Below, piece by piece: positions 39,669 through 48,527 of a stretch of DNA of 64,000 bases. Both the position numbers and the translations under genes were made by a program. The stretch is from a virus. Under the pieces are notes generated by a model. That model saw only the letters and a program-made list of their open reading frames with translations. It searched no databases and was not told where the DNA came from. The stretch lies in the IMG/VR virus record IMGVR_UViG_3300025099_000012, positions 18,300-82,299 of that record, one strand, 5' to 3'. How positions within the stretch are numbered: the first letter of the stretch is position 1; each line of letters starts with the position of its first letter.

Positions 39669-39789
39669 TCTATCTGGGGATAACAGTGTGGGAGCTCTGC
39701 ATTTCGCAGACGAGGCATGACAACCCCAGAGTGAACAAGATTGCCGCTTAATCGCGGCTTTCTTTTTACATGTTCATCACCATATAAAC

Positions 39790-39978
39790 ATGGCACCTTT
39801 TAACAACGCTGTGTACCTTCAAAATGGTTTTTACAACCGTGAAGAGTACCTTGCATCATTGAAAGAAGAGTATGGAGCGGAGATTGTAGAAGCACTGACT
39901 TCTATTCTTCCAGCGTCTGAAGACTTCGATGGCTTAGTCACCGAACTTGAAGACTACGAGTCCACCACACTGATGTAA
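39790..39978 (+). CDS. Small acidic early protein
   Basis: Y.QNGF.NREEYL.SL.EEYG...EDFDGLVTELED. Confidence 0.65.
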   Translation: MAPFNNAVYLQNGFYNREEYLASLKEEYGAEIVEALTSILPASEDFDGLVTELEDYESTTLM

Positions 39979-40031
39979 ACAAGATTGGCGCTTAACTGCG
40001 CCTTTCTTTTTATGTACTCTTTGCAAGATTA

Positions 40032-40551
40032 CATGAACGCTATTGCATCAACTCACTACGTAGGAATACACCGTACGTCCCCATCTAAACAACGCATCGT
40101 ACATGCGTTTGACTTGGACGACACTATTACGATCAAACCGGATCACTTCAACAACTTAGGGCTTACCAAAGACGAGTTCTTTGATGCCTCCAGGTCATTC
40201 GAACCAGATGACCGTGTTGTTGATTTACTACGGATGATGTATCAGTGGGGCGATTCAATCGCTATATGCACTGCCCGTCCATCGGACAGGCTCACTGAAT
40301 CCTATAACTGGCTTCGCAAGTGGTCTATTCCATTCGATTGCATACTTGTGTCCACTGGTGTGGACAACAGCGGTAATACGAAGCAGCACATGCTTCAGTA
40401 TTTACGCAAGCAATATCGAATGGTTGGCACACTTATCGATGACAGCCCTTACAACATTGAAGGTGCACGCCTTCAGAGGATCAAGCGTATCCATGTCCTC
40501 AAAAATTGTGAGTACTGGGACTCTCATCCCGAAGTTGTAACCAAGATCTAA
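40032..40551 (+). CDS. HAD-superfamily phosphatase (PNK 3'-phosphatase-like)
   Basis: FDLDDT motif I, CTARP motif II, K, IDDS motif IV. Confidence 0.8.
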
Positions 40552-40559
40552 TCTTTATC

Positions 40560-40685
40560 ATGCTTAAACTACTTATTCAACAGCATTCTGCTCCACGAAC
40601 CCGTTTCACTGTCAAGTTTAACGGTAAGCATCTTGCTTTCAATACCTTTACTGAAGTTAAAACCTTCATTCTCAACAACCAATAG
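40560..40685 (+). CDS. 41-aa protein (not in ORF track)
   Basis: MLKLLIQQHSAPRTRF... Confidence 0.45.
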   Translation: MLKLLIQQHSAPRTRFTVKFNGKHLAFNTFTEVKTFILNNQ

Positions 40686-40731
40686 CCGCTGACTCGCGGC
40701 TTTCTTTTCTCGTGTCCAATGAATTGTCACT

Positions 40732-40854
40732 ATGACTGATGTACAACTTCGTGCTGCTGCTCGACTTAAGGCTGAACTCCTACGTCAGACCAAAGAGCGA
40801 GTACGTGACGCCTATTACCTGCGTAAAGCAGGGGTCATGACAGCCATCGTGTGA
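40732..40854 (+). CDS. 40-aa early protein (not in ORF track)
   Basis: MTDVQLRAAARLKAELL..., flanked by elements 13 and 14. Confidence 0.6.
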   Translation: MTDVQLRAAARLKAELLRQTKERVRDAYYLRKAGVMTAIV

Positions 40855-40914
40855 ACACTTGAGGGTCGCTGACTCGCGACTCTCTTTTTTAGTGTTCTTC
40901 AAATCGAATGCTTA

Positions 40915-41124
40915 ATGGCAATCACCTACGACTTCACCATTGTTGATACCAACATCACTGGTTTGTCTAAGGTGGTTCCTCAGAACGAAGCTGCGTTCTG
41001 CTATCTCGTAGATGAGACCGATTACACCGTTTTTGCTGACGGTTCCACTGCTCTATTCGAAGAGCGTGTCGGTGACTTCATCTCCGATGCAGGCCACGCA
41101 CACATGTGCTGCGATATCGCTTGA
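40915..41124 (+). CDS. Early hypothetical protein
   Basis: Follows element at 40861. Confidence 0.6.
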   Translation: MAITYDFTIVDTNITGLSKVVPQNEAAFCYLVDETDYTVFADGSTALFEERVGDFISDAGHAHMCCDIA

Positions 41125-41184
41125 GTTAACCACCATTGGCGCAAATTTGCGCCTTTCTCATTTTTTGTAATTTATGAGGTCTAT

Positions 41185-41577
41185 TTGACACAATCGTTTA
41201 ACGTTCCAGATGGCATCTCTATGGATGAGCTTAAATCTCATCTAAATGATGCGAGAAATGAATCAGATATTCACGAAGATTGCACCTGTGAACGTGCAGA
41301 TGCGACAGAAGATTTAATGGAGCTTGCTTCAGAGCAAATCGCATTAACTGGACGTATGACAGACGATCCTGTTGCATTTCACAAAATCATGATGGTCATG
41401 ATTGTATCCAATATGATCGACTTTCACATGAATGTTGCAACTAAAGCAGGTGGAATGGACGATGGTACGTCTCATGCATGGATTCGTGATGCTGGCAAAT
41501 TACAAGCAGTCATGAACATTCTTACGTCTATTTCATGTGGTCCTGATGACCCATATGTAACAGTATCGGGCAACTGA
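41185..41577 (+). CDS. Early hypothetical protein
   Basis: Follows element at 41138. Confidence 0.6.
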   Translation: MTQSFNVPDGISMDELKSHLNDARNESDIHEDCTCERADATEDLMELASEQIALTGRMTDDPVAFHKIMMVMIVSNMIDFHMNVATKAGGMDDGTSHAWIRDAGKLQAVMNILTSISCGPDDPYVTVSGN

Positions 41578-41638
41578 TTGCCTCAATAGCCGCTTATCAG
41601 CGGCTTTCTTTTTACATGTTCTTTATCAAAGTTTTCCT

Positions 41639-42124
41639 TTGAACAACACTTCAAAACGCTACGCTCAGTTCAACGCTCTTACCGTCACCGGTCGCATCTT
41701 CAATGCTGAGATCGTAGACAACAAAGGCAACAAGTTCTTGAGTGTATCCGTAATCAGCACTGCCTCCAAGGATGGCGCTGACTTGGTCTACACCTTCAAC
41801 AACTCCAATGGCTTGATGAGCCTCTTTGAGAAGGGTTTCTTCTGCAGAGGACGTCAAGTGACTATCACTGGACACATTCACAACGTTTCTGAGGTTTACA
41901 CCACACGAACAGGTGAAGTCACTCTGCGTAAGCGCCCTGAGATCCATCTCACAGGCGTAAACGTACTTGATGGTGGCCTTGGTCCTATGCCTGCCGCAGA
42001 AGGACAAGCACAGCGCTCCTCAATAGGCTCTGTCATCACTCAAGTAGGAACACCTGAGGTGGATGAAACTCCATCTATGGAGCCTGTTGAAGAAGCAGAA
42101 GAAAAGGTTGAAGCTCTTTTTTGA
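41639..42124 (+). CDS. Single-stranded DNA-binding protein (OB fold)
   Basis: N.LTVTGRI, RGRQVTITG.I, acidic tail ending EALF. Confidence 0.65.
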   Translation: MNNTSKRYAQFNALTVTGRIFNAEIVDNKGNKFLSVSVISTASKDGADLVYTFNNSNGLMSLFEKGFFCRGRQVTITGHIHNVSEVYTTRTGEVTLRKRPEIHLTGVNVLDGGLGPMPAAEGQAQRSSIGSVITQVGTPEVDETPSMEPVEEAEEKVEALF

Positions 42125-42132
42125 TAACAACT

Positions 42133-42163
42133 CCCGGCCGTGTATCCCACGGCTGGGTTTTTT
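42133..42163 (+). terminator. Rho-independent terminator
   Basis: CCCGGCCGTG...CACGGCTGGG followed by T-run. Confidence 0.7.
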
Positions 42164-42204
42164 CATTTTTTAAACTATGGACATCGCAATCTATCTAACT
42201 ATCT

Positions 42205-42453
42205 ATGCCACGTTCGCAATCTACTGCTACGTCCTCACGAAAGTCCAAGAGAACTGATTGGACATACACTTTAACCAAAAGCAGGTATGGGTTATACACA
42301 TCTATTCTTACTGATGGAACTCGAATGGTTACTGGAATGACAGAGGAAGGTGTTCGTGAAGTCACGGACACTATTCACATCCCTGTCATGAAAGGTGAGT
42401 TCGATGGATACACATCAATACCACGTAAGGGTGTAGTGGATGGGAAGCTTTAG
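42205..42453 (+). CDS. Hypothetical protein
   Basis: C-terminal GVVDGKL; true start may be upstream in another reading. Confidence 0.5.
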   Translation: MPRSQSTATSSRKSKRTDWTYTLTKSRYGLYTSILTDGTRMVTGMTEEGVREVTDTIHIPVMKGEFDGYTSIPRKGVVDGKL

Positions 42454-43463
42454 TGCTTGCCGTTCTTACCGTTACCGTTGATCGCCTTATTCATATAGAC
42501 CTTGTCTGCAATGACAGTGACTGCCTTACCTTGGTCAGATGTATTGATATCACCGTCAAGTGCTTGACGATAAGCACTTAAAACTGAATCATCTGCAAAT
42601 CTTTTGCCTAGCATGTTATTTACTTTAGAATTTAATTCCATTTTAAGTTCTTTATTCTTTTGACGAGTTTCTTTTTGTTTCTGTAATTTACGTAAATACT
42701 GTATTTCTTTAATTTCAGCAAGGTTTTGTGTTAAATCATCTGCATTAGTAACGTAACGTCTACCTTGCAATTGATCTAAAACCGCCAAAGCCATTTCTGA
42801 ACCTTCAGCATTTTGTAAAATTTGATTTAAATGACCTCCTTGTAGTCTTAAATCTTCTTTTAAGTGGGTTAAAACATCACTTTCAGAGTTAGGAACAATA
42901 TGACCTTGATTTGGTTTTTGATGCGTTATTAAATCTTTATATACACGATCATATCCCAAACCTAAATCATAAGCATATTGTGCCATTACTCCTGGTTGTT
43001 CGGCAACATTACGAGCTCCTTCATGCATTCCATGCCTACCACCAAACTTTGCTAACGTTTTTGCTGACATCAATGCTTTTACTGCTTGTTCAAGTTCAGC
43101 AATTAATTTTGGATTAGTATCCATAGGCAGTGAAGGCATATCACCTCCTGATAGTTCACTTACTAAATATCGCTGAAGTGAGTCATTTTGTTGATTGTGA
43201 GTTAATACTGGATCGCTTTCCTTGTATTTAGACAACGTCCATTTATCTGGTCTTTCTGGATCAGGAATAATATCGTGATAATCTCCTATTTCAGCTCTTA
43301 AAACTTCCCTTTGGGATAACTCTTTAAGAAGCTTATATATCTCTGGGTCATCTTTAAGATTGAATCCATCTGCAATTTCATCAAAGTCTAAATCTCTAGT
43401 ATCCGTATTTAAACGTGATACATCTTGCCTAATTTTTGCTTTACGTAAATTTTCAGATAGCAC
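42450..43463 (-). CDS. Inserted AT-rich late-type protein
   Basis: Opposite strand; TACAATA at 43521-43527; GHIVP...N segment weakly HNH-like. Confidence 0.6.
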   Translation of the reverse strand: MLSENLRKAKIRQDVSRLNTDTRDLDFDEIADGFNLKDDPEIYKLLKELSQREVLRAEIGDYHDIIPDPERPDKWTLSKYKESDPVLTHNQQNDSLQRYLVSELSGGDMPSLPMDTNPKLIAELEQAVKALMSAKTLAKFGGRHGMHEGARNVAEQPGVMAQYAYDLGLGYDRVYKDLITHQKPNQGHIVPNSESDVLTHLKEDLRLQGGHLNQILQNAEGSEMALAVLDQLQGRRYVTNADDLTQNLAEIKEIQYLRKLQKQKETRQKNKELKMELNSKVNNMLGKRFADDSVLSAYRQALDGDINTSDQGKAVTVIADKVYMNKAINGNGKNGKH

Positions 43464-43582
43464 CCATATCTATATACCTATGTGTTGTTTATTGATTACA
43501 TAAGTAACATCTCCTTTAAATATTGTATTTAATTTCTATATCTAACTTGCCGCTGACTCGCGGCTCTATGTTTTAGTGTCCT

Positions 43583-43819
43583 TTGACACTTAGATCTATG
43601 GAACAACAAATGATCCTGATTTCTAAACCAGAAGTTGAAAGACTTTTATGCAAACTTCAGCGTGCAGAGGGTTATTGCCGTAATGCACGTTCGCCTATTC
43701 CTTTCAACCCTGAAACGGACATCCATGCAGAACCGTGGGAGTTCTTTGTCGGATCCTCTGGATTCGCAGGAATGACTATGCGTGATGTAATCCAATCACT
43801 CGAATCACATCTGAACTAA
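43583..43819 (+). CDS. Early hypothetical protein
   Basis: Follows element at 43549. Confidence 0.55.
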   Translation: MTLRSMEQQMILISKPEVERLLCKLQRAEGYCRNARSPIPFNPETDIHAEPWEFFVGSSGFAGMTMRDVIQSLESHLN

Positions 43820-44250
43820 TGGGAACTCGATCTGCTATCGGCTATCTACAACCGTCCGGTCGCGTCCGTGCGGTTTATTGCCATTGGGATGGCTACCCAG
43901 AAAATCAACTCCCGATACTGAAGTCGAAGTACAACACTCTCGCCAAAGTAAGAGCTCTGATTAAACCTGGGTTTATGTCATGCCTGGAAACTACCCACAC
44001 CTGGGAATCTGAATACCAGCGCGATGACAATGGTAAAGCGTTATTCGATTTACCTCGGACAAATCTTCGTGACCCGCAGCCTCTTTATCACGCAGAGCGT
44101 GGGCACGGTGAAAAACCCAAAACCAGTAGCAAACCATATGACTACTGGCGCGATATGGATTGTGAATACTTGTATGTGTTCAATGGTACTTGGTGGATTA
44201 CATATTCACTAACTGATAACCCACATACACGTATGCATATCCATGATTAA
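43819..44250 (+). CDS. Conserved phage hypothetical protein
   Basis: MGTRSAIG...VYCHWDGYP...EYLYVF motif. Confidence 0.7.
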   Translation: MGTRSAIGYLQPSGRVRAVYCHWDGYPENQLPILKSKYNTLAKVRALIKPGFMSCLETTHTWESEYQRDDNGKALFDLPRTNLRDPQPLYHAERGHGEKPKTSSKPYDYWRDMDCEYLYVFNGTWWITYSLTDNPHTRMHIHD

Positions 44251-44437
44251 ACCTAACCCATCTAAGTACATTTTTACTTAGTATGGACCTGTACTCCCGC
44301 AGAAGAACAGCGTCAGGGAGGCCAATTAGGTTGTAGACATTTTTGCTGTTTCTGTCTACTTAATTAATCGGATCGCCATTTAACCGGTGGTCCGATCCCT
44401 CACTTGTTGACTTATATACTTTCTAACTTCATTCACC

Positions 44438-44731
44438 ATGGCTAATTACACAATCGAAGTCACTACTGAAGATGGTGGCAACTTTACTTTTCCTTGTGAT
44501 AGTGAACAGTACATCATTGAAGCAGCTGAAGAAGCAGGCGTTGAACTTAACTATTCATGCCGTGCTGGTGCATGCTCAACCTGTGTAAGCAAGCTTGTGT
44601 CTGGCACTGTTGATCAATCAGATCAAAGCTATTTGGACGATGACCAACAAGCAGAAGGTTTTTTTATGTCCTGTGTTGCTTATCCAACCTCAAACGTAAA
44701 AATGATCTCTGATGTTGAAGACCAACTGTAA
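44438..44731 (+). CDS. petF: Plant-type [2Fe-2S] ferredoxin
   Basis: YSCRAGACSTC...VDQSDQSYLDDDQ...CVAYP. Confidence 0.95.
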   Translation: MANYTIEVTTEDGGNFTFPCDSEQYIIEAAEEAGVELNYSCRAGACSTCVSKLVSGTVDQSDQSYLDDDQQAEGFFMSCVAYPTSNVKMISDVEDQL

Positions 44732-44911
44732 ATCATTTAATTTCCATGTTTACTACTTCTTGCGTCACATTAATCTGTCTATCATCCTTTTTCAATTCAC
44801 CTACTACATTCAAAAGGATTGATAACAAGATATACGAAGTTAGAACTATGGGTGCTATTTATCGATGTGCAAAAAATCAACAAGATGCCTTTGTCTGCAT
44901 CTCATTAAATT

Positions 44912-45532
44912 CTAATTAATGGATGGTTTTTTGTACCAATTGGGATTAGCCTTCACACGCCTCTCATGAATTTGATCTAATTGATTTTTCAAAAATACTT
45001 GAGCAGCAGTCTCTTGAGGACTCTCTGCTTGAGATTTTGGTTTATCTAATCCATCGATATAGATTTCATTAGGCACTGGTGTATTACCAACGCCTCCATG
45101 TCTAAATCCAACTTGAGCTCCAAAGTTTCCTTTTTGATATGGATTTACTGTCATATTTACTGATGTTTTACGATCATCAGTTGTATAACTTCCACCAATT
45201 CCACCTTGATTTAAATTAAAGCCGATATTCGGACCCTGAATACTAAGCCCTGAACCTACAGTAACGCTACCGCCTTCACCATCAAATGTAATTGGTGCAC
45301 CTGTCACGGCATTGATTAATGGATTTATAGCTGAATGATGCCCCTGGCCACTATTAGCACTTTCCTTAAACCCAGCGTCAATCAGCTGTTGAGGGCTATA
45401 TCGCATCGGTTGAGGACTATTTCGAACCTTAGGTCCATTCCCCTTAAATATTTCAGAAGATACTTCTGATGGAGATGGATCGTAATAAGGGTCTAAATAG
45501 TTCTCTGATGGAGTTTGACCTAAATAGCTCAT
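44912..45532 (-). CDS. Inserted late-type hypothetical protein
   Basis: Opposite strand, AT-rich, Gly/Asn-rich beta segments. Confidence 0.6.
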   Translation of the reverse strand: MSYLGQTPSENYLDPYYDPSPSEVSSEIFKGNGPKVRNSPQPMRYSPQQLIDAGFKESANSGQGHHSAINPLINAVTGAPITFDGEGGSVTVGSGLSIQGPNIGFNLNQGGIGGSYTTDDRKTSVNMTVNPYQKGNFGAQVGFRHGGVGNTPVPNEIYIDGLDKPKSQAESPQETAAQVFLKNQLDQIHERRVKANPNWYKKPSIN

Positions 45533-45754
45533 TTTAATATATATTCGTTTATATTTAGTATAAACAACGTAATTGTACTCACCTAATCTACCTATTCAAT
45601 GGATGAACACATTGGCTTCTTCCCCTTCGACGACATCGAAGAACTGGAACGTGAAGAAGATGAATTGCCTGCCATTCCTGAATGGCCTTCTATCTTCGAA
45701 TCAAGCCCTACTAATAATTAAGTAAAATATCCATAGCATATAAATTAATTAGCT

Positions 45755-46378
45755 ATGGGCAAAAAGAAATCTGGACTATATTTACCTGACAATGGCCGGA
45801 GACCTACTTCCGGTCGTAGAAGTACTAATGAAGTAAGTTTTGACGGTAAGTCCTTTCATTACCGTGACCCATACAACGAAGAGCACAATAATGCTGTTAT
45901 TGCTGCACGCGGTGGTGACAGTGGTAGTGCTGAAGATAATAAGAATCAGTTTGCCCGTGAGTACATGAACCCCCTTTACGACTATTCGTATGGACAAGTT
46001 CGTGATGCTGCTAAAGATCTCAATATTCGCAATGTAAATAGCCAAGGCGAAGTCGATGATCTATTAGAGCGTTTACGTGAAAGAAATACCCGTAGTGAAA
46101 GAAGTGAATCTGCTGATACACCTACCCGAGAAACTTTCACTAGGGACAACATAAATGAGCAGACCCGTGATAACACTAATACGGAGTTAGAGATCCCCTC
46201 ATCTGTTGCTGGTGATAATAGTATTAGTTCTACAAGTAACCAGGAAAATCGCCTCAGAGTAAATGGTGACTACAACCGCGCAAGTCAAGGAAATAGTACA
46301 CGCCAAGATGTCGCAAACAACTTTTTAGACCAATACCGACTGAATCTAGGCAGGCGTACTGGACTTGACCTCAATTAA
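45755..46378 (+). CDS. Arg/Asn-rich late-type protein, partial paralog of 22527..23462
   Basis: AGDNSISS...N...G..NR..Q.NS.RQ shared; TAAAATA at 45723-45729. Confidence 0.65.
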   Translation: MGKKKSGLYLPDNGRRPTSGRRSTNEVSFDGKSFHYRDPYNEEHNNAVIAARGGDSGSAEDNKNQFAREYMNPLYDYSYGQVRDAAKDLNIRNVNSQGEVDDLLERLRERNTRSERSESADTPTRETFTRDNINEQTRDNTNTELEIPSSVAGDNSISSTSNQENRLRVNGDYNRASQGNSTRQDVANNFLDQYRLNLGRRTGLDLN

Positions 46379-46710
46379 AAATACAGAAAATACACTAACT
46401 ACGCTACTTCTCTATATGTGCATTTTTAAAAAGATATAGATATAGAGAGTACGTAATAAAAAAAGCATATATAGAGGACTTGTGTAGTTTGTGCAGTTTT
46501 GTAGTTTATCTCTGTACCCCAATAAATGCATCTTCCCCTCTCCTGCAACGAATCTCGAGCAAAAAAACACTTTTTAAAATTGACCGCATAAGTACAAATT
46601 ACACATGTTCAAGTAATCCATACAATTCGTAACCGAGCCTAAATTAAAGTATTTGTGCTTGATTTGGGCCATAACCCTGTATGTTTTATGAGATTTCCAT
46701 ATTCGCATTT

Positions 46711-47058
46711 ATGCAGCGGATCGACGTCAAGGTTGACGAACAATTTGCTGCTGTCCTCAAGGAGTACTGCGCCTATTGGGGTATGACCATGGGAGAGCTC
46801 ATGTATGAGGCTGCAAAACAGCACATCCATGCATCAGCAGAAATTTGCAAGTTTGCAGACTGCGTGCTGGAAAAATACGGCATGGCTCCTGATAAACGTT
46901 CTGCCAAGCAATGTTACGGCTATCTTTGCCGGTGCTGCAAGCATGAGCTTACGTGCAGAACTGGTTTGTACAAAAACGAATGGGAAATAGCTGACGAATA
47001 CAAACACTTGCTCAAAGAACAAGAAAGTGAATGCTCCTGTGGTAACTGCCAGGCATGA
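46711..47058 (+). CDS. Ribbon-helix-helix-like plus Cys-rich regulator (paralog 1)
   Basis: MQRIDVKVD..., GMTMGELMYEA, CYG..C.CC.H...CRTGLY. Confidence 0.6.
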   Translation: MQRIDVKVDEQFAAVLKEYCAYWGMTMGELMYEAAKQHIHASAEICKFADCVLEKYGMAPDKRSAKQCYGYLCRCCKHELTCRTGLYKNEWEIADEYKHLLKEQESECSCGNCQA

Positions 47059-47372
47059 AGAAAGTCCAAGTTCAAATGTCCGATAAGTGTCATGCGGTTC
47101 TAAAAGATTTTGCAAACGCTTGGGACATGACTATGTCTGAAGTGTTGTACGAATGTGCCCGAGCGAACATCCATAAGATGTCTAAAGATTGTCCATATGT
47201 CGCTCATATATTTAAATACAAGCAAATTACACCAGACAAACGACTAGATAAATCCTGCTATGGACAGGATTGTTTTGCCTGCGAACACCTCACTTCCTGC
47301 CGTACCGGACTTTATGAAGGCGAATTCAAGCTATCTAAAAAAGCAAATGTATTGTTCGATACATTTCAATAA
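47055..47372 (+). CDS. Ribbon-helix-helix-like plus Cys-rich regulator (paralog 2)
   Basis: MKKVQVQMSD..., DMTMSEVLYEC, CYG..C..C.H...CRTGLY. Confidence 0.6.
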   Translation: MKKVQVQMSDKCHAVLKDFANAWDMTMSEVLYECARANIHKMSKDCPYVAHIFKYKQITPDKRLDKSCYGQDCFACEHLTSCRTGLYEGEFKLSKKANVLFDTFQ

Positions 47373-47516
47373 TGCATCCGTTTACACACTTAATAACACT
47401 TAATTGTTTTCCCTAGTCATTTATTTAACGTTGTTTTCTTGTACTTACTAGACATACTTTAGGTGTCGCTTACCAGCGACTTTCACAACTGGTGTCCAAT
47501 ACATGGCTACAACCAA

Positions 47517-48467
47517 ATGCCCTCAAATTTCACATCTGGCTGGCTCGGCAATGGAGAACGTGCATGGCACGGGCAAGGGGTTGTCACCCCTGGCACTCTC
47601 CCAGCGCGAGAAGCGTTTGAAACAGCAGACGCACTATTTTCTGTCGAGAAACGCGAGCTCTTCTACCTCACTGATCCAGTCCCACCATGCACTTCTGGAG
47701 CACGCAACAGTGATGCCTTCGGAGTTATCCGAACTGACACCCAAGCCTTGCTCGGAGTTGTCACCAAGCAGTATGAAATCGTTCAAAACGAATCGCTCCT
47801 ACGCATGGCGGAGTTCATCCGCGACGAAGCAGACATGGACTGCGTCATCGTTCTATCAGACGGAGCCAAAGTCTGCTTTACCGCCACACTCCGTGGTGCG
47901 GAGACGGACATCGTCCCTGGAGACACAGTCAAACGACGAATTGTTGGTTACTTGGGCCACGACGGTAAAACCGGCTGTGGAGCAAAATTCACAAACATCC
48001 GTGTGGTTTGCCAAAACACTTTGACTGCAGCTATGTCTGGCACTGGTGCTTCTTCAAGCATCACGCACAAAGGCACTGCTAACGCTAACTTCGATGCTCT
48101 TATCAACAGCATTGACGTATCACGTCAGGACTTTATTACTGAGTGCGAGCTAATGCGTGAGTTCTCACGTACTGCTATGAGCATGAGTGCCTTCAACGAC
48201 TATGTCGATCAAGTGTATGACGTAAAAGAAGGTGACATCCTTCGTAAGCGTCAAAAGCTAGAGCAAGCATTCCGTGTTGGATACGGTGCTGAGTATGCTT
48301 CTTTCAGCCTATGGAATGGCTTTAATGCCATTACGCAGCTAGAAACAAGCACTCGTAACCAAACTGCTGCTAAGTCTCGTGCACAGTTTGCACGCGGTAC
48401 TTTCGGTCTCGGTGCACAGATTAGTAAGCGTGCATTTGCTATTGCAACTGAATTAGTCACTGCTTAA
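47517..48467 (+). CDS. DUF932/DUF945-family phage protein
   Basis: AWHGQG, LGVVTKQYEIVQN, HDG, T.IRVVCQNTL, SLWNGFNAIT; start after element at 47465. Confidence 0.8.
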   Translation: MPSNFTSGWLGNGERAWHGQGVVTPGTLPAREAFETADALFSVEKRELFYLTDPVPPCTSGARNSDAFGVIRTDTQALLGVVTKQYEIVQNESLLRMAEFIRDEADMDCVIVLSDGAKVCFTATLRGAETDIVPGDTVKRRIVGYLGHDGKTGCGAKFTNIRVVCQNTLTAAMSGTGASSSITHKGTANANFDALINSIDVSRQDFITECELMREFSRTAMSMSAFNDYVDQVYDVKEGDILRKRQKLEQAFRVGYGAEYASFSLWNGFNAITQLETSTRNQTAAKSRAQFARGTFGLGAQISKRAFAIATELVTA

Positions 48468-48527
48468 TTATCAGGCATCTTAACAAGTGTAAGTCCTTAT
48501 TTATAATTAAATATAAGTAATTAATTA

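Larger units (their letters stand above)
35843..43581 (+). promoter_or_regulatory. Array of about 17 hairpin + RTGYYC elements preceding early genes (further copies at 47465 and 54910)
   Basis: Covarying 5-9 bp stems; loop centre to RTGYYC box fixed at 19.5 nt in 16 copies; see findings. Confidence 0.8.

Noticed and set aside
42450-43463. HNH nuclease call for the inserted gene
   Set aside because: Only a partial GHIVP...N resemblance; insufficient without a profile search.
35843-43581. CRISPR array interpretation of the repeated hairpins
   Set aside because: Repeats are not identical, intervening segments are 150 to >1000 nt and contain ORFs, and no cas genes are seen.
35843-43581. Canonical integron attC array
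   Set aside because: Elements are only about 40-45 nt, lack RYYYAAC/GTTRRRY context, and no intI is in the window. Kept only as an alternative hypothesis.
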